DNA from: Negativicutes bacterium
Lineage (GTDB): Bacteria; Bacillota; Negativicutes; UBA1444
Length of the DNA: 64,000 nucleotides
Reading direction: 5' to 3'
Assembly (NCBI GenBank): GCA_963665275.2
Contig: CAXXIN010000003.1
Coordinates: 64,001-128,000 of the forward strand
Part shown: in pieces, positions 47,949 to 59,018 of the stretch
Layout: each line of letters begins with the position of its first letter
How positions within the stretch are numbered: the stretch's first letter is position 1
Made by a program: the position numbers and the translations under genes
Notes under the pieces: model-generated
Databases searched by the model: none
The model's input: the letters and a program-made list of their open reading frames with translations, nothing else
What the model was told of the DNA's origin: nothing

Positions 47949-48998
47949 CTAGTCAATCGGCGTCAGAACGATCTTCAGTCCTTCTTTGGATTCCATCAGA
48001 TCAAAGCCTTTTTGCCACTGATCGAGAGGCAATTCGTGCGTCACGATTTCGCTCAGATCGACAGTTCTTTCTCCCATCAGCACCAGGCATTTTTCCCATA
48101 CGTCCCAGTTGTGGCTGAAAGTCCCCTGCAACGCCACGGCTTTGGAAATAAGCTGATCGAGCGAGAAACCTACCGGTCCGGGTCCCCAGCCAATCTTGTT
48201 GATCTGGCCGCAGGGGCGGACTACGTCAAGCGACAGTTTCAGGGTCGGCGAGAATCCGGCCGCATCCACCACCAAATCAGCGCCATAACCGTCACGCATT
48301 CCCATGATAATAGAGACGGGGTCTTGTTTCGAACTGTTGATGGTCATCGTTGCTCCGAGTTTTTTCGCGATTTCCATGCGGGCATCATCACCGTCGGTCC
48401 CGATAACGACGATATCCGAGGCGCCGAGGATGGAAGCCATCTTGGTGCAGAGCAGGCCGATGGGCCCCGGTCCGATGATGACAACCAAGTCGCCCGGTTT
48501 CAGCGGCGAGTGTTTGACAAGCGAGCTGTATGCCACGCAGAAGGGTTCCGTCAAGGAAGCTTCTTTCAGGCTGACGTTGTCAGGCACTTTGTGCAGGATG
48601 CGGCTTGGAACTTTGACATATTTGGCGAACGCGCCATCGATCTGGAACCCGTATCCCTTACGCTCGCGGCACACATGGTAGTTGTTGGTCCGGCACATGA
48701 CACACTTGCCGCAGAAATCGGCGTGCGTCTCGGATGTCACGCGGTCGCCGACTTTCCAGCCTTTGACGTTGGCGCCGACCTGGGCGATGGTACCGGCGAA
48801 TTCATGCCCCAGAATCAAAGGCACATTGACCTTGTAAGACACTTTGTTGTGGTGCATGTGGGGATCGCTGCCGCAAATCCCGATATAGGCTGTTTCGACC
48901 AGCACGTCGTCCTGTCCGATCGTCGGAACAGGAACTTCGCGGACTTCCGTGGCGCCTGCCACATTGTCATACTTCACGACTGCTTTCATCATTTTCAT
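47949..48998 (-). CDS. Zinc-dependent (MDR) sugar/polyol dehydrogenase
   Basis: GICGSD, GHEF, CGKCVMC...C, GPGPIG. Confidence 0.9.
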   Translation of the reverse strand: MKMMKAVVKYDNVAGATEVREVPVPTIGQDDVLVETAYIGICGSDPHMHHNKVSYKVNVPLILGHEFAGTIAQVGANVKGWKVGDRVTSETHADFCGKCVMCRTNNYHVCRERKGYGFQIDGAFAKYVKVPSRILHKVPDNVSLKEASLTEPFCVAYSSLVKHSPLKPGDLVVIIGPGPIGLLCTKMASILGASDIVVIGTDGDDARMEIAKKLGATMTINSSKQDPVSIIMGMRDGYGADLVVDAAGFSPTLKLSLDVVRPCGQINKIGWGPGPVGFSLDQLISKAVALQGTFSHNWDVWEKCLVLMGERTVDLSEIVTHELPLDQWQKGFDLMESKEGLKIVLTPID

Positions 48999-49729
48999 AT
49001 TCTCATTCCTTTCGCCTTTATCTGTCCATCTGATTCATCAGGAAATTTTCGGGAAACATCTTCGATCGTGGTCGCGATATGTTCCTGCATCCAGCGCCTG
49101 GCCTGATCGGAATCTTTGTCGCGAATCGCCTCGAAAATAAGGAGATGATACTTCAGTGCCCGATCGATACCCATGAGTTCATTGATCTTGCGATAATAGC
49201 TGACCAGAACATCCCGGATAACGTTGGACACATTGAACAGCAGGGAGTTCTTCGTTGCCCGGGCAATATCCAGATGGAATTTCATATCGGCAATGGCAAA
49301 TTCCAGCTCCGGGCGACCGATCTTGTTCATCTCACCTAAAGTTTGCAGCAAATGCGCAATATCGGTTTCATCGGCATTGCGGGCAGCCAGCGCCGCATTC
49401 TCCGGTTCCACGATTCGCCGGTATTCGAGAATATCCATCATGCTCTTGCGGTTCCAGACCAACATCGGCAAGAGTGAGTTCATGAACATTCCTGGTGTTA
49501 CCATCAGTACGAAGCTTCCTTCTCCCTGCCGCGTCTGAGTGATACCCATGGTGTTGAGTTTTCGCAGTGCTTCCCGGATCGGCACGCGGCTGACGCCGAA
49601 CATCTGCCCCAGTTCGTTTTCCGAGGGCAGCTTGGTTCCCGGTGGCCAAATCCCGTTCAAGATGTTATCAAGCATCTGGTCATAGACCTGACACCCCACA
49701 CCTCTTTTATCGATAGGAACGATAACCAA
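48995..49729 (-). CDS. FadR/GntR family regulator
   Basis: KLPSENEL...GVSRVPIREAL...GEGSFV; FCD domain. Confidence 0.93.
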   Translation of the reverse strand: MVIVPIDKRGVGCQVYDQMLDNILNGIWPPGTKLPSENELGQMFGVSRVPIREALRKLNTMGITQTRQGEGSFVLMVTPGMFMNSLLPMLVWNRKSMMDILEYRRIVEPENAALAARNADETDIAHLLQTLGEMNKIGRPELEFAIADMKFHLDIARATKNSLLFNVSNVIRDVLVSYYRKINELMGIDRALKYHLLIFEAIRDKDSDQARRWMQEHIATTIEDVSRKFPDESDGQIKAKGMRI

Positions 49730-49981
49730 TCCATAACCTCCATCTGTGTCGAAAAATTCAAGTCGGGAAAAACCAGGTAGGTTGTAATACAGGTTACAGG
49801 TTATAATTTTCTGTATTAATTTCTATATTCCTGCTAATTGAAATAATATTTATTTTTTTATTTTTATGTAGCAAAAAAGACGAAAGCTCAAGCCTTCGTC
49901 TTTTTGTTTTCGTTGATTCAGTCTATACAGCGTATACTATTTATTTTTTATCATCAATATGCTAGCCGAATATCCGGTTTA

Positions 49982-51250
49982 CTAGCGGATCACGTCAACG
50001 CCCATGTAGGAGCGCAGGGCATCCGGCACCACAACAGAACCGTCTTCCTGCTGGTAGTTTTCCAGAATAGCGGCCACCGTCCGGCCAACAGCCACACCCG
50101 AACCGTTCAGGGTATGGACGTATTCCGGCTTGGCCTTGGGCTCGCGGCGGAATTTGATTTCCGCGCGCCGTGCCTGATAATCTTCGAAGTTGGAACAGGA
50201 CGAAATCTCACGGTAGCAGTCGGCGCTCGGCAGCCAAACTTCGAGATCATAGGTCTTGGCGGAAGAGAAGCCCATGTCGCCTGTACACAGCAAAATTTTT
50301 CGATACGGCAGTTCCAGTCGTTGCAATACCTTCTCCGCGTTGAGGGTCAGTTTTTCCAGTTCGGCATACGAATTTTCCGGTTTCGTGAATTTGACCATCT
50401 CAACTTTGTTGAACTGGTGCTGGCGAATCAGGCCGCGGGTGTCGCGTCCGGCCGCCCCGGCTTCGGCCCGGAAACAGGCGCTATAGGCAGTGTAGTAAAG
50501 AGGCAGGTCTTTGCCGTCGAGGATTTCGCCGCGATGATAGTTGGTAATCGGCACTTCCGCCGTCGGAATCAGGTAATATTCGTAGCCTTCCAGCTTGAAC
50601 ATGTCTTCGGCGAACTTCGGCAGCTGTCCGGTGCCGATCATGCTTTCCCTGTTGACGATGAACGGAGGGAAAAACTCGGTATAGCCGTGTTCCAGCGTAT
50701 GCAGATCGATCATGAAGCTGATCAAAGAACGCTCCAGCCGCGATCCCAGACCTTTGTAAAAGGTGAAACGTGCGCCGGACACCTTGCCGCCCCGTTCGAA
50801 ATCTAGAATGCCCAGTTTTTCGCCGATATCCCAGTGCGCCAATGGGGCTTTGTCGAACTTGCGCGGCTGGCCCCAGCGCAGAATTTCCGGATTGGACTCT
50901 TCATCGGCGCCCACCGGCACAGATTCGTGCGGGATGTTCGGGATATACAGCAATATGGATGTCAGTTTGGTTTCGATTTCCTTGAGTTCCGTATCCAATG
51001 CGGCAATCCGGTCCCCGACGCCGCGCATCTCCAGGATCAGCCCCTCGGCATCGAGCCCTGATTTCTTCAGTCGACTGACTTCCTGCGACACTGTGTTGCG
51101 CTTGCTTTTCAGCGCTTCCACTTCGACCAGCAGTTCCCGGCGTTTTCGTTCCATCCCGATGAACTCGGTTAGATCCACCGACGCGTTCCGGTTCTGCAAC
51201 GCCTGCTCCACCACAGGCAGATTGTCGCGGACAAATTTCAAATCCAGCAT
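49982..51250 (-). CDS. serS: Serine--tRNA ligase
   Basis: [36 protein letters not shown]. Confidence 0.98.
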   Translation of the reverse strand: MLDLKFVRDNLPVVEQALQNRNASVDLTEFIGMERKRRELLVEVEALKSKRNTVSQEVSRLKKSGLDAEGLILEMRGVGDRIAALDTELKEIETKLTSILLYIPNIPHESVPVGADEESNPEILRWGQPRKFDKAPLAHWDIGEKLGILDFERGGKVSGARFTFYKGLGSRLERSLISFMIDLHTLEHGYTEFFPPFIVNRESMIGTGQLPKFAEDMFKLEGYEYYLIPTAEVPITNYHRGEILDGKDLPLYYTAYSACFRAEAGAAGRDTRGLIRQHQFNKVEMVKFTKPENSYAELEKLTLNAEKVLQRLELPYRKILLCTGDMGFSSAKTYDLEVWLPSADCYREISSCSNFEDYQARRAEIKFRREPKAKPEYVHTLNGSGVAVGRTVAAILENYQQEDGSVVVPDALRSYMGVDVIR

Positions 51251-51357
51251 GAAAGTCCCTCCGTTCCGTCACGGCAGGACTTGCACCTGCCACATCCCAT
51301 ATATTGTAGCACTTTGGTCAAAACAGCGTCAATGCGACAATTGATGCAAACGAAGGC

Positions 51358-52221
51358 TTAAGAAAGCTCCTGCATCAGCGCGCGGATGTCCGCCCCCGCC
51401 GCCGGTCGCTCTACCAGCGTTTTTTCCTGTAGCTGAGGAATGGATTCTTCCAGCGTCATCCTCTTCTCCTGGTAAAAAACCCCCGTAGGAATTCGATCTC
51501 CCCACTCCGCGCCAACCTGTTGGGCCTGTTGGAGATTGGATGGATCGTAGCCTCCTCCGGCATCAATGCGGTAGATGCGCTTCTGATACCATTCGTAGGA
51601 ATTGAGTTTATTGAACGAAACACACGGCTGCAAAATATCCACCACCGAAAACCCCTTGTGACGGACAGCTGCCACCATCGTATCCGACAGATGCGCAAGA
51701 TCTCCGGCATAAGACCGCGCCACGAACGTCGCTCCCACCGACAACGCCAGTTTCACGATATTGATCGGCCGTTCCACGTTGCCCAGCGGCGCCGGGCTGA
51801 ACTTCGTCACCGCACCCAGTTCGCTGGTCGGTGAAGTCTGCCCCTTGGTCAGTCCGTAGATCTGGTTGTTATGAATGAAATAACTGATGTCGAGGTTGCG
51901 CCGGGCCGTGTGCACAAAGTGACCCATCCCCAGACCCATACCGTCGCCGTCGCCGCCGTCCACGATCACCGTCAGTCGGTGGTTGGCCAGTTTCACTCCG
52001 GTTGCTACAGGCATCGTCCGCCCGTGCAGCGTCTCGATGCGGTACATGTTGGTATACTGGGCGATTTTCGAGGAACAGCCGATACCCGTCACCTGCACCG
52101 TTTGTTCCAGATCGAGATCCAGCACCGAACAAGCTTTCTTCAATGCGTTCAGGATTCCAAAGTTACCGCAGCCGGGGCACCAAGTCGACGTGTAAGTAGA
52201 AGCAAAATCCTTGGCGGTCAT
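51358..52221 (-). CDS. 2-oxoacid:ferredoxin oxidoreductase beta subunit
   Basis: WCPGCG, GIGCS, GGDGD, YGLTKGQ.SPT. Confidence 0.93.
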   Translation of the reverse strand: MTAKDFASTYTSTWCPGCGNFGILNALKKACSVLDLDLEQTVQVTGIGCSSKIAQYTNMYRIETLHGRTMPVATGVKLANHRLTVIVDGGDGDGMGLGMGHFVHTARRNLDISYFIHNNQIYGLTKGQTSPTSELGAVTKFSPAPLGNVERPINIVKLALSVGATFVARSYAGDLAHLSDTMVAAVRHKGFSVVDILQPCVSFNKLNSYEWYQKRIYRIDAGGGYDPSNLQQAQQVGAEWGDRIPTGVFYQEKRMTLEESIPQLQEKTLVERPAAGADIRALMQELS

Positions 52222-53978
52222 TTCGCCATCACCTCCTGGATTTTCTGCAGAATACCGGATGGTGCAAAGGTTCGCGAATCATACTTCAGATACTGGGCAT
52301 CCGCGGCAAACCCTGTTTGGCAGCGCAGCAGCGCTCCCATCTGGGCGGTGCGGTTCCCCTCAAGCAGCAGCGTTCGCCGCGCTTTCTTCAGCACTTCCGT
52401 CACGGCTGCCTCCGGAAACGGCGCAGCGTAAAGAATCTGCAGCAGATTGACGCTGATGCCCTGTTCTTTCGCCAGTTCGATCGCCGCGAGAGCCGCCCCC
52501 TTCGTGGAACCCCAGGCGATGATTGTCAGGTCGGCCTGTTCGGGTCCGTGTAGCTTGACCCCGGGAATTTCCGCGAGGATGCCCGGCAACTTGGCAAACA
52601 ATTTATCGATCCCCGCCCTGGTGATTTCCGGTTCGTTGCCGGCATATTCCTTATGGCCCGAGCTGTAGAAACCGTCCTCGCCGTGCGTGTAACTGGTGGC
52701 GATATGGCGTCCGCCGGCCTGCCCGGGAATCGCCCGTTCGGAAACTCCGTCCTCTGTCAGACGGTAACGGAGATAAGGCTGATGTTCCGCTAACCAAGCC
52801 TCATCCACCCGTTTGCCGCGGTTCACTTCCATCCCCTTGGTATCAAAGAACGGCTGGGTCACGGAAGAATCCGCCAGGAACTTATCCGTCAGGATGAAGC
52901 AGGGAACCTGGTATTTTTCCGCCAGATTGAACGCCCGGAACGTCTCCGAGAAGCATTCCTCCACGTCTCCAGGCGCCACGACCACTCGAGCGAACTCGCC
53001 CTGCGAAGCATACAGCACCTGGTTCAGGTCAGCCTGCATCGTCCGCGTCGGCAACCCCGTCGACGGACCACCCCGCTGCGCCACGACCATCACCAGCGGC
53101 GCCTCGGCCATCGCCGCGAATCCCACCGCCTCGGTCATCAGGGCGAACCCGCCGCCGCTCGTCGCGCCGAGAGCCCGTACGCCGGCGAACCCCGCGCCGA
53201 TCAGCATGTTCACTGCGGCAATCTCATCCTCGGCCTGTTTGAAAACCAATCCGTAATCCACAGCATGATCAGCCAGATAGGTCAGCACGCTGGTTCCCGG
53301 CGTCATCGGATACCCTGCCGCGAAGCGGCATCCGGCCTGCAAAGCACCTAGGGCGATGGCATCGTTGCCTGTTAAGAGCATGCGGGGCGATGGAGAAGGC
53401 TGCAATGCGAACGGGAACTTCATTCCCGCCAATAGCTGGCCTTCTTTCACCGCCCGCCACGTTTGATTAAAAATTGCCAGGTTTTTTCCCAACACTTCCG
53501 GTTTGGCAAACTCACTCGCGATTACGGCCTTCACTGCATCGGCAGGAAAATCGGTCAAGGCGCAAAATGCCCCAACCACTGCGCTGTTCGCCATCACTTT
53601 CGCCATTTCCCCCGACCCGGACTGGATCAGCGGCACGGAGATGAGCTTCACTCCCACGGGCGGCGAAACCGCATCCACTTTCACCCCGGTGTCATGGAAT
53701 ACCAGTCCGCCCGGTTTCACTTTCCCCACATTTAATTCATAGGCCTGCTGCGACACCGCCCCCAAAACATCGACAGTTTCCTCAAAGGAAGTTAACGGCG
53801 AGTCGCTAACGCGAACCAGACAATTATTGAGACCGCCCTTGATCAGAGAAGGATATTCGTTGACTACCACCGCGTGCAAGCTGTTCCGCACGGCGGCCCG
53901 AGCCAGCATCATACCGGCGCTCATTACGCCATAACCGGCTTCACCGCCAAACAAGACAATATAATCCCGATCCGACAT
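52218..53978 (-). CDS. 2-oxoacid:ferredoxin oxidoreductase alpha(+gamma) subunit
   Basis: GGEAGYG, YPMTP, QAEDEIAA, QRGGPSTGLPT. Confidence 0.93.
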   Translation of the reverse strand: MSDRDYIVLFGGEAGYGVMSAGMMLARAAVRNSLHAVVVNEYPSLIKGGLNNCLVRVSDSPLTSFEETVDVLGAVSQQAYELNVGKVKPGGLVFHDTGVKVDAVSPPVGVKLISVPLIQSGSGEMAKVMANSAVVGAFCALTDFPADAVKAVIASEFAKPEVLGKNLAIFNQTWRAVKEGQLLAGMKFPFALQPSPSPRMLLTGNDAIALGALQAGCRFAAGYPMTPGTSVLTYLADHAVDYGLVFKQAEDEIAAVNMLIGAGFAGVRALGATSGGGFALMTEAVGFAAMAEAPLVMVVAQRGGPSTGLPTRTMQADLNQVLYASQGEFARVVVAPGDVEECFSETFRAFNLAEKYQVPCFILTDKFLADSSVTQPFFDTKGMEVNRGKRVDEAWLAEHQPYLRYRLTEDGVSERAIPGQAGGRHIATSYTHGEDGFYSSGHKEYAGNEPEITRAGIDKLFAKLPGILAEIPGVKLHGPEQADLTIIAWGSTKGAALAAIELAKEQGISVNLLQILYAAPFPEAAVTEVLKKARRTLLLEGNRTAQMGALLRCQTGFAADAQYLKYDSRTFAPSGILQKIQEVMAK

Positions 53979-54165
53979 GTGCCATCCCTCCCTACAGATA
54001 TTTAGTCTTGATGTTCGGATTTCGCCAGCTTGCGCCAAAATCCTTTCTTGTTGGGAACTGCTGCGTACAGGATTTAATCTGCCTCGCCGGCAGGATTTCC
54101 GGCCATCAGGTCGAAACGGAATCTAATAGGAATTATCGAAAGTTACTCACAAGGAGGTTTTTTGA

Positions 54166-54861
54166 TTGCATTGCCCTGCAGGTCCCCAGTCTTACTCAAC
54201 TTTGAGCGAGCTGGAAAAATGTCTGTTTTCCTGTCGAGCCTGCCCTCTGCGCGATGCAGCGATCGGGCCGACTTCTTATAATGGAGACCCCGCTAGTCCT
54301 TTGATGCTCGTCGGTGAAGGCCCCGGCGGCGTGGAGGACGATTATGGAGTCCCTCTCGTCGGCCCTTCCGGGCAGTTGCTCGACAAAGCCCTCTCCCGCG
54401 TCGGCATCACCCGCGACCGCGTTTATACCACCAATGTGGTCAAATGCCGGCCGCCGGGAAACCGCACACCGACGCCCGAAGAAGGCGAATTTTGCGCCAG
54501 CCGCTGGCTCGATGCCGAAATCGCCCTGGTGCAGCCCAAAGTCATCGTGGCGCTCGGCAGTGTCGCCCTGAAATATCTCTATCATTCGAAAGCCCGTATC
54601 ACCGCCGACCGGGGCAAATGGTTCCGTACCCGGCACGAAATCTCCGCCATCGCCACCTACCATCCGGCTTACCTCCTCCGACTGACAGGCGACGCCGAAC
54701 GCAAAGCCAAGTGGGAAGTAGTGCACGATCTGGAGGCCGCCATCGCCGAAGTCCAAAAATCCGCACCGGACTGGGACCTTACTAATAGTAACCCACCGAA
54801 CCTGTTGGCGCTCTACGCCAGCCGCCGCGCCGAACGCAAGGCGCAGACCGCCAGCAAATGA
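54166..54861 (+). CDS. Uracil-DNA glycosylase, family 4
   Basis: C..C Fe-S, GEGPG, VKCRPPGNR, TYHPAY. Confidence 0.92.
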   Translation: MHCPAGPQSYSTLSELEKCLFSCRACPLRDAAIGPTSYNGDPASPLMLVGEGPGGVEDDYGVPLVGPSGQLLDKALSRVGITRDRVYTTNVVKCRPPGNRTPTPEEGEFCASRWLDAEIALVQPKVIVALGSVALKYLYHSKARITADRGKWFRTRHEISAIATYHPAYLLRLTGDAERKAKWEVVHDLEAAIAEVQKSAPDWDLTNSNPPNLLALYASRRAERKAQTASK

Positions 54862-54873
54862 AGTAAGGAAGCT

Positions 54874-56067
54874 ATGATCATGGAAATGTGGAAAAAGAAC
54901 CTCTGGGTCTGCTGGTTTGGCGTGTTCGCCACTTCGGCCGGGCTGAGTCAGTTAATCCCTATCCTGCCTTTGTTCATCGAACAGCTGGGTGTGCACAATG
55001 TAGCCGAAATCGAAGAATGGTCCGGCATCGCTTACGGAGTGACTTTCATCTGCATGGCCATCTTTTCTCCCATTTGGGGAAAAGCTGCCGATCGCTATGG
55101 TCGAAAACCGATGCTGCTACGCGCAAGTATGGGCATGGCCCTCGTACTCACCTGCATGGGCTTCGTACAGAATGTCTATCAACTCGTCGGCTTGCGCCTG
55201 CTGCAAGGCACCATCTCCGGCTACTATTCGGCGGCCATCACACTGGTGGCTACCCAAACCCCGAAGGAACGGTCCGGCTGGGCGCTGGGAACCCTATCCT
55301 CCGGAGCTGTCGCCGGCATGCTGCTCGGCCCTTTAATCGGAGGCGCAGTTTCCGAGTTGCTCGGAATTCGCAGTGTTTTCTTTGTAATCGGCGCCCTGCT
55401 GCTGGTCGCTTTCCTAGCGGCTTTGCTGTATATTTCGGAAGATTTTACCCCGTCAGAAACTCCATCGCCGAACTTGCGGGAAATTTGGAGCACGCTGCCC
55501 TTTCCGGAAGTCACGATCGCCATGTTCGTGACTACTCTGATCCTGCAGCTCGCTCTGATGTCCATCCAGCCGATTCTTACCGTCTATATCGCTGAGTTGT
55601 CCACGGACACCGCGCACATCGCTTTCATCTCCGGCATGGTTTTCGCCGCGTCAGGCCTGGCCAGCATCATCGCCGCACCGAGGCTCGGCGCCCTGGCAGA
55701 CCGGATCGGTCCGCAAAAAGTAATGGTCGTCGCCCTGCTGGCTGCCGGGCTCCTATTTATTCCCCAGGCGTTGGTCCGCAACCCCTGGGAATTGATGGTC
55801 CTGCGGTTTTTGCTCGGAATCGCCACCGCCAGCCTGTTGCCATCCATCAATACGATGCTCCGGCATATCACACCGGATGAAATAACGGGACGAGTGTACG
55901 GCTACAACCAGTCCGCTCAGTTCATCGGATCCTTCGGCGGAGCTGTGATGGGAGGGCAAATCGCCGCGTCGGTCGGCATTCATTATGTGTTTTTTGTTAC
56001 CAGTATCCTGCTTCTCGCCAATGCGGCCTGGGTCTATTTCCGGGTTTACAGGAAAGTGGCAGCCTGA
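54874..56067 (+). CDS. MFS multidrug efflux protein (MdtG-like)
   Basis: WKKNL, WGKAADRYGRKPMLLRA. Confidence 0.88.
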   Translation: MIMEMWKKNLWVCWFGVFATSAGLSQLIPILPLFIEQLGVHNVAEIEEWSGIAYGVTFICMAIFSPIWGKAADRYGRKPMLLRASMGMALVLTCMGFVQNVYQLVGLRLLQGTISGYYSAAITLVATQTPKERSGWALGTLSSGAVAGMLLGPLIGGAVSELLGIRSVFFVIGALLLVAFLAALLYISEDFTPSETPSPNLREIWSTLPFPEVTIAMFVTTLILQLALMSIQPILTVYIAELSTDTAHIAFISGMVFAASGLASIIAAPRLGALADRIGPQKVMVVALLAAGLLFIPQALVRNPWELMVLRFLLGIATASLLPSINTMLRHITPDEITGRVYGYNQSAQFIGSFGGAVMGGQIAASVGIHYVFFVTSILLLANAAWVYFRVYRKVAA

Positions 56068-56098
56068 TAGAGCCAGCTAAAATAACGGGAGTAAAAAG

Positions 56099-56722
56099 AT
56101 GAGACAAATTACCCGACGCGAATTCTGCAAATTTTCCGCCCTGGCTGGACTCTCCGTCTTGCCTGGCAGTCAGCTTCTGCGACCAAGCTCCTGCTTCGCT
56201 GCGGCCCCAACCTCAGGCAACAACTACTATTTGGCGCGCCGCCAGGAACTGCTGCACGACTTTGCCTGCACCTTGGAAGGCGTCAATGAGTTTTTAGCCC
56301 CAGAATTCGGCCTGATACGAACCCGAATGATCACGGACCAAGCGATGAAAAACTTCGAAGCCCGGCTCCCCAAACTTCCCGATGTAGGCGGAGATCAAAA
56401 CTGGGACACGGAGTTCATCCCCATTGCCGCCTGGTATGTATCTCTTTATGAGCCCATGAGACAGAACGGAAAAACCGCCGAAGAGGTCGGCAAGCTAATT
56501 TATGATCTCAACGAATACTGCCGCTCACAAGGAACTCCGGAAATAGCCCCTTACATCTGCCCCACTGACTTCGATCGCAGCCGGACCTATGGCACAGGTC
56601 TGCAACGAACCAAAACCATCGCCCGGGGAGACGGGATCTGCAATTTCCGGTTCAAAAAAGACCGTCCTGTCGTGCAGAACTGGTCAACAGAGCTGGCATT
56701 GATCCGCGCCAGTCGCGCCTGA
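56099..56722 (+). CDS. Tat-signal protein, L-2-amino-thiazoline-4-carboxylate hydrolase-like C-terminus
   Basis: TRREF signal; APYICPTDF...GLQRTKTIARG..ICNFRF. Confidence 0.6.
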   Translation: MRQITRREFCKFSALAGLSVLPGSQLLRPSSCFAAAPTSGNNYYLARRQELLHDFACTLEGVNEFLAPEFGLIRTRMITDQAMKNFEARLPKLPDVGGDQNWDTEFIPIAAWYVSLYEPMRQNGKTAEEVGKLIYDLNEYCRSQGTPEIAPYICPTDFDRSRTYGTGLQRTKTIARGDGICNFRFKKDRPVVQNWSTELALIRASRA

Positions 56723-56970
56723 TAAGACCTGCGTCCAATGAACCCAAAAGCGGTAGAGAGCTTTATCAAAGTCCTCTACCGCCTTTTTTTGTCCTCAGAA
56801 CTGCGCCGTGTAGTTGCTCTCGATGATTTTCACGAATCGAGTGACATAAAAAAAATACCGCTCTGGCAAAATTTCACCTTTCACCAACTAGTACTTTCAC
56901 AGATATAGATTATCATGATAAAGTAAAGACAACAATCGCAACCATCATTAACAAGCAGGAGGAATGCAGC

Positions 56971-57951
56971 ATGAAAACAGCCCGCAAGGTAATCGTTACA
57001 GAATTCGGCGCCCCGGAAAAAATGCAGATCGTATCCGCAGAATTGCCAGAGCCTGCTGCTGGGGAGGTTCAATTGCGCCAAACGGCGATTGGACTCAACT
57101 TCATCGATATCTACCAGCGCAAGGGAGTCTACCCGCTGCCCCTGCCGACCGGCCTCGGTCACGAAGCCGCCGGTGTCGTCGAAGCGGTCGGACCCGGCGT
57201 CGAGACCTTCAAAGTCGGAGACCGGGTGGCGTACATGAACGCCGGACTCGGCGCATATGCCGATTTCCGCAATGTCTCTGCCGACCGTCTGGTCAGCATT
57301 CCGGCGGGCGTGTCCGACGAGCAGGCGGCCGCGCTGCTGTTCAAGGGCATCACCGCACAGTATCTGCTACGAAAGACGCACGTCGTCAAAGCTGGAGAGA
57401 TCGTGCTGATCCATGCCGCCGCCGGCGGTGTCGGCCAGATTCTCTGCCAGTGGGCCAAAGGGCTGGGAGCCTTTGTCATCGGCACGGCCGGTTCGCAGGC
57501 CAAGTGTGCGGTTGCCAAAGCCGCAGGCGCCGATATCGCCATCGACTACTCGCAGGAAGACTGGGTGAAAACCTTGCTGGAAGCAACCGGCGGCAAAAAA
57601 GCCAATGTGGTCTATGATTCGGTAGGCAAGGATACTTTCCTGAAATCGCTGGAGTGTGCGGCGCAGTTCGGCCTCGTGGTATTATTCGGAGCGGCTTCCG
57701 GCCCGGCCCCCGCCATCGACCCGGAATTGCTGAACAAGAAAGGCTGTCTGTTCCTCACCCGCCCCTCCGTATTCCCGCACAATGCCGACCCGGAAGTATT
57801 CCGCGCCAATGCCGCCGAACTGTTCGCGGTAATCGCATCGGGCGTCGTGAAGCCCGCTATCAGCGCGAAGTTCTCCCTTGAAGATATCGCTGCGGCTCAC
57901 CGATCAGCCGAAGCACGGGCAACGCAGGGAGCCACGCTGATCATCCCCTAA
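56971..57951 (+). CDS. qor: NADPH:quinone oxidoreductase (zeta-crystallin family)
   Basis: IGLNFID, HAAAGGVG, YDSVGKDT, LFLTRP. Confidence 0.9.
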   Translation: MKTARKVIVTEFGAPEKMQIVSAELPEPAAGEVQLRQTAIGLNFIDIYQRKGVYPLPLPTGLGHEAAGVVEAVGPGVETFKVGDRVAYMNAGLGAYADFRNVSADRLVSIPAGVSDEQAAALLFKGITAQYLLRKTHVVKAGEIVLIHAAAGGVGQILCQWAKGLGAFVIGTAGSQAKCAVAKAAGADIAIDYSQEDWVKTLLEATGGKKANVVYDSVGKDTFLKSLECAAQFGLVVLFGAASGPAPAIDPELLNKKGCLFLTRPSVFPHNADPEVFRANAAELFAVIASGVVKPAISAKFSLEDIAAAHRSAEARATQGATLIIP

Positions 57952-57978
57952 ACATTACAACATCAAGGAGGACCTTCG

Positions 57979-58434
57979 TTGGAACCGATTTTTTCACTTG
58001 AAAAAGCAAACGACCATAGCCAGGGACATCTGTCAGACATCCTCGGACTCGAATTTCTCGAAATCTCGCGCCAGAAAATTCGCAGCCGCATGACGATCAC
58101 GCAAAAACACCGATCTCCCACCGGCTACCTGCATGCAGCCGCCATCATAGCCCTCGCCGACACCACCTGCGGCTGCGGTACGGCTATCAATCTTCCGAAA
58201 GGCAACAATGGTTTCACAACCCTGGAACTGAAAAGCAATTTTCTGGGTACCCTGCGCGAAGGGGAACTGTTTTGCGAAGCCGTGCCCGAACATATCGGCC
58301 GAACCTCTCAAGTCTGGTCCGCTACCGTTACGGACGAGAACGGAAAGCGAATTGCCCTGTTTCGCTGCAGCCAGATCATCCTGTACCCCGAGTGCGGCAA
58401 TTTGAATCTCAAAATAGAGAGCACTCCCAAGTAA
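57979..58434 (+). CDS. PaaI-family thioesterase
   Basis: GYLHAAAIIALADT, TLELKSNF, HIGRTSQVW. Confidence 0.9.
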   Translation: MEPIFSLEKANDHSQGHLSDILGLEFLEISRQKIRSRMTITQKHRSPTGYLHAAAIIALADTTCGCGTAINLPKGNNGFTTLELKSNFLGTLREGELFCEAVPEHIGRTSQVWSATVTDENGKRIALFRCSQIILYPECGNLNLKIESTPK

Positions 58435-58490
58435 AAAGGAATCAAATGTCTGCATCGATCAATGTTCAATATTATTGAAGGTGGGTTACT

Positions 58491-59018
58491 ATGAGTATCC
58501 ATTATGAAGTGATTCCCGCAGAAAATATTATTCTCATTAGGGATTTGTGCAATGATTTAATGGCTTATCAAAAATCAAAAGCATATATTCGCCCAGAGCT
58601 GTTTGATGGCATGTGTTTTGAGTCCAGGCTGGCTCCCTCTGTCCAGAGTGCAACAGAAAACTACATCGTAGTCGCCAAAGAGGGTGCTGAAATTGTGGGG
58701 TATGTGTATAGCAATATTGCCCCCAAGAAAAACTATGCAAATGACTTCGCAACTTTTTTTGACCTTGATTCTGTAAATGGCGATACAGTCGGCTGTCTAT
58801 CTCAGTTTTATCTAAAAGAAAGGTATCGCAACACCGGCATTGGTACTGTTTTGTTCGACAAGTCGATGGATTGGCTGCGTTCCTTCAAGGCAGTAGACGA
58901 TCTGTTTATTTTTGTATCCAACGGGAACGATAGTGCTTTGCAATTCTATCTGGGTAAAGGGTTCAAAATAAGTCACCCGATCCTTGATGGTTTTATTACA
59001 GTGCTCAGAAATAGTTAG
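58491..59018 (+). CDS. GNAT acetyltransferase
   Basis: YRNTGIGT, N..ALQFY..KGF. Confidence 0.85.
   Translation: MSIHYEVIPAENIILIRDLCNDLMAYQKSKAYIRPELFDGMCFESRLAPSVQSATENYIVVAKEGAEIVGYVYSNIAPKKNYANDFATFFDLDSVNGDTVGCLSQFYLKERYRNTGIGTVLFDKSMDWLRSFKAVDDLFIFVSNGNDSALQFYLGKGFKISHPILDGFITVLRNS

Noticed and set aside
39335-50806. Long plus-strand ORFs (39335-40384, 44695-45639, 46034-46951, 48012-49106, 49904-50806)
   Set aside because: Antisense shadows of well-supported minus-strand genes in GC-rich DNA; no motifs.
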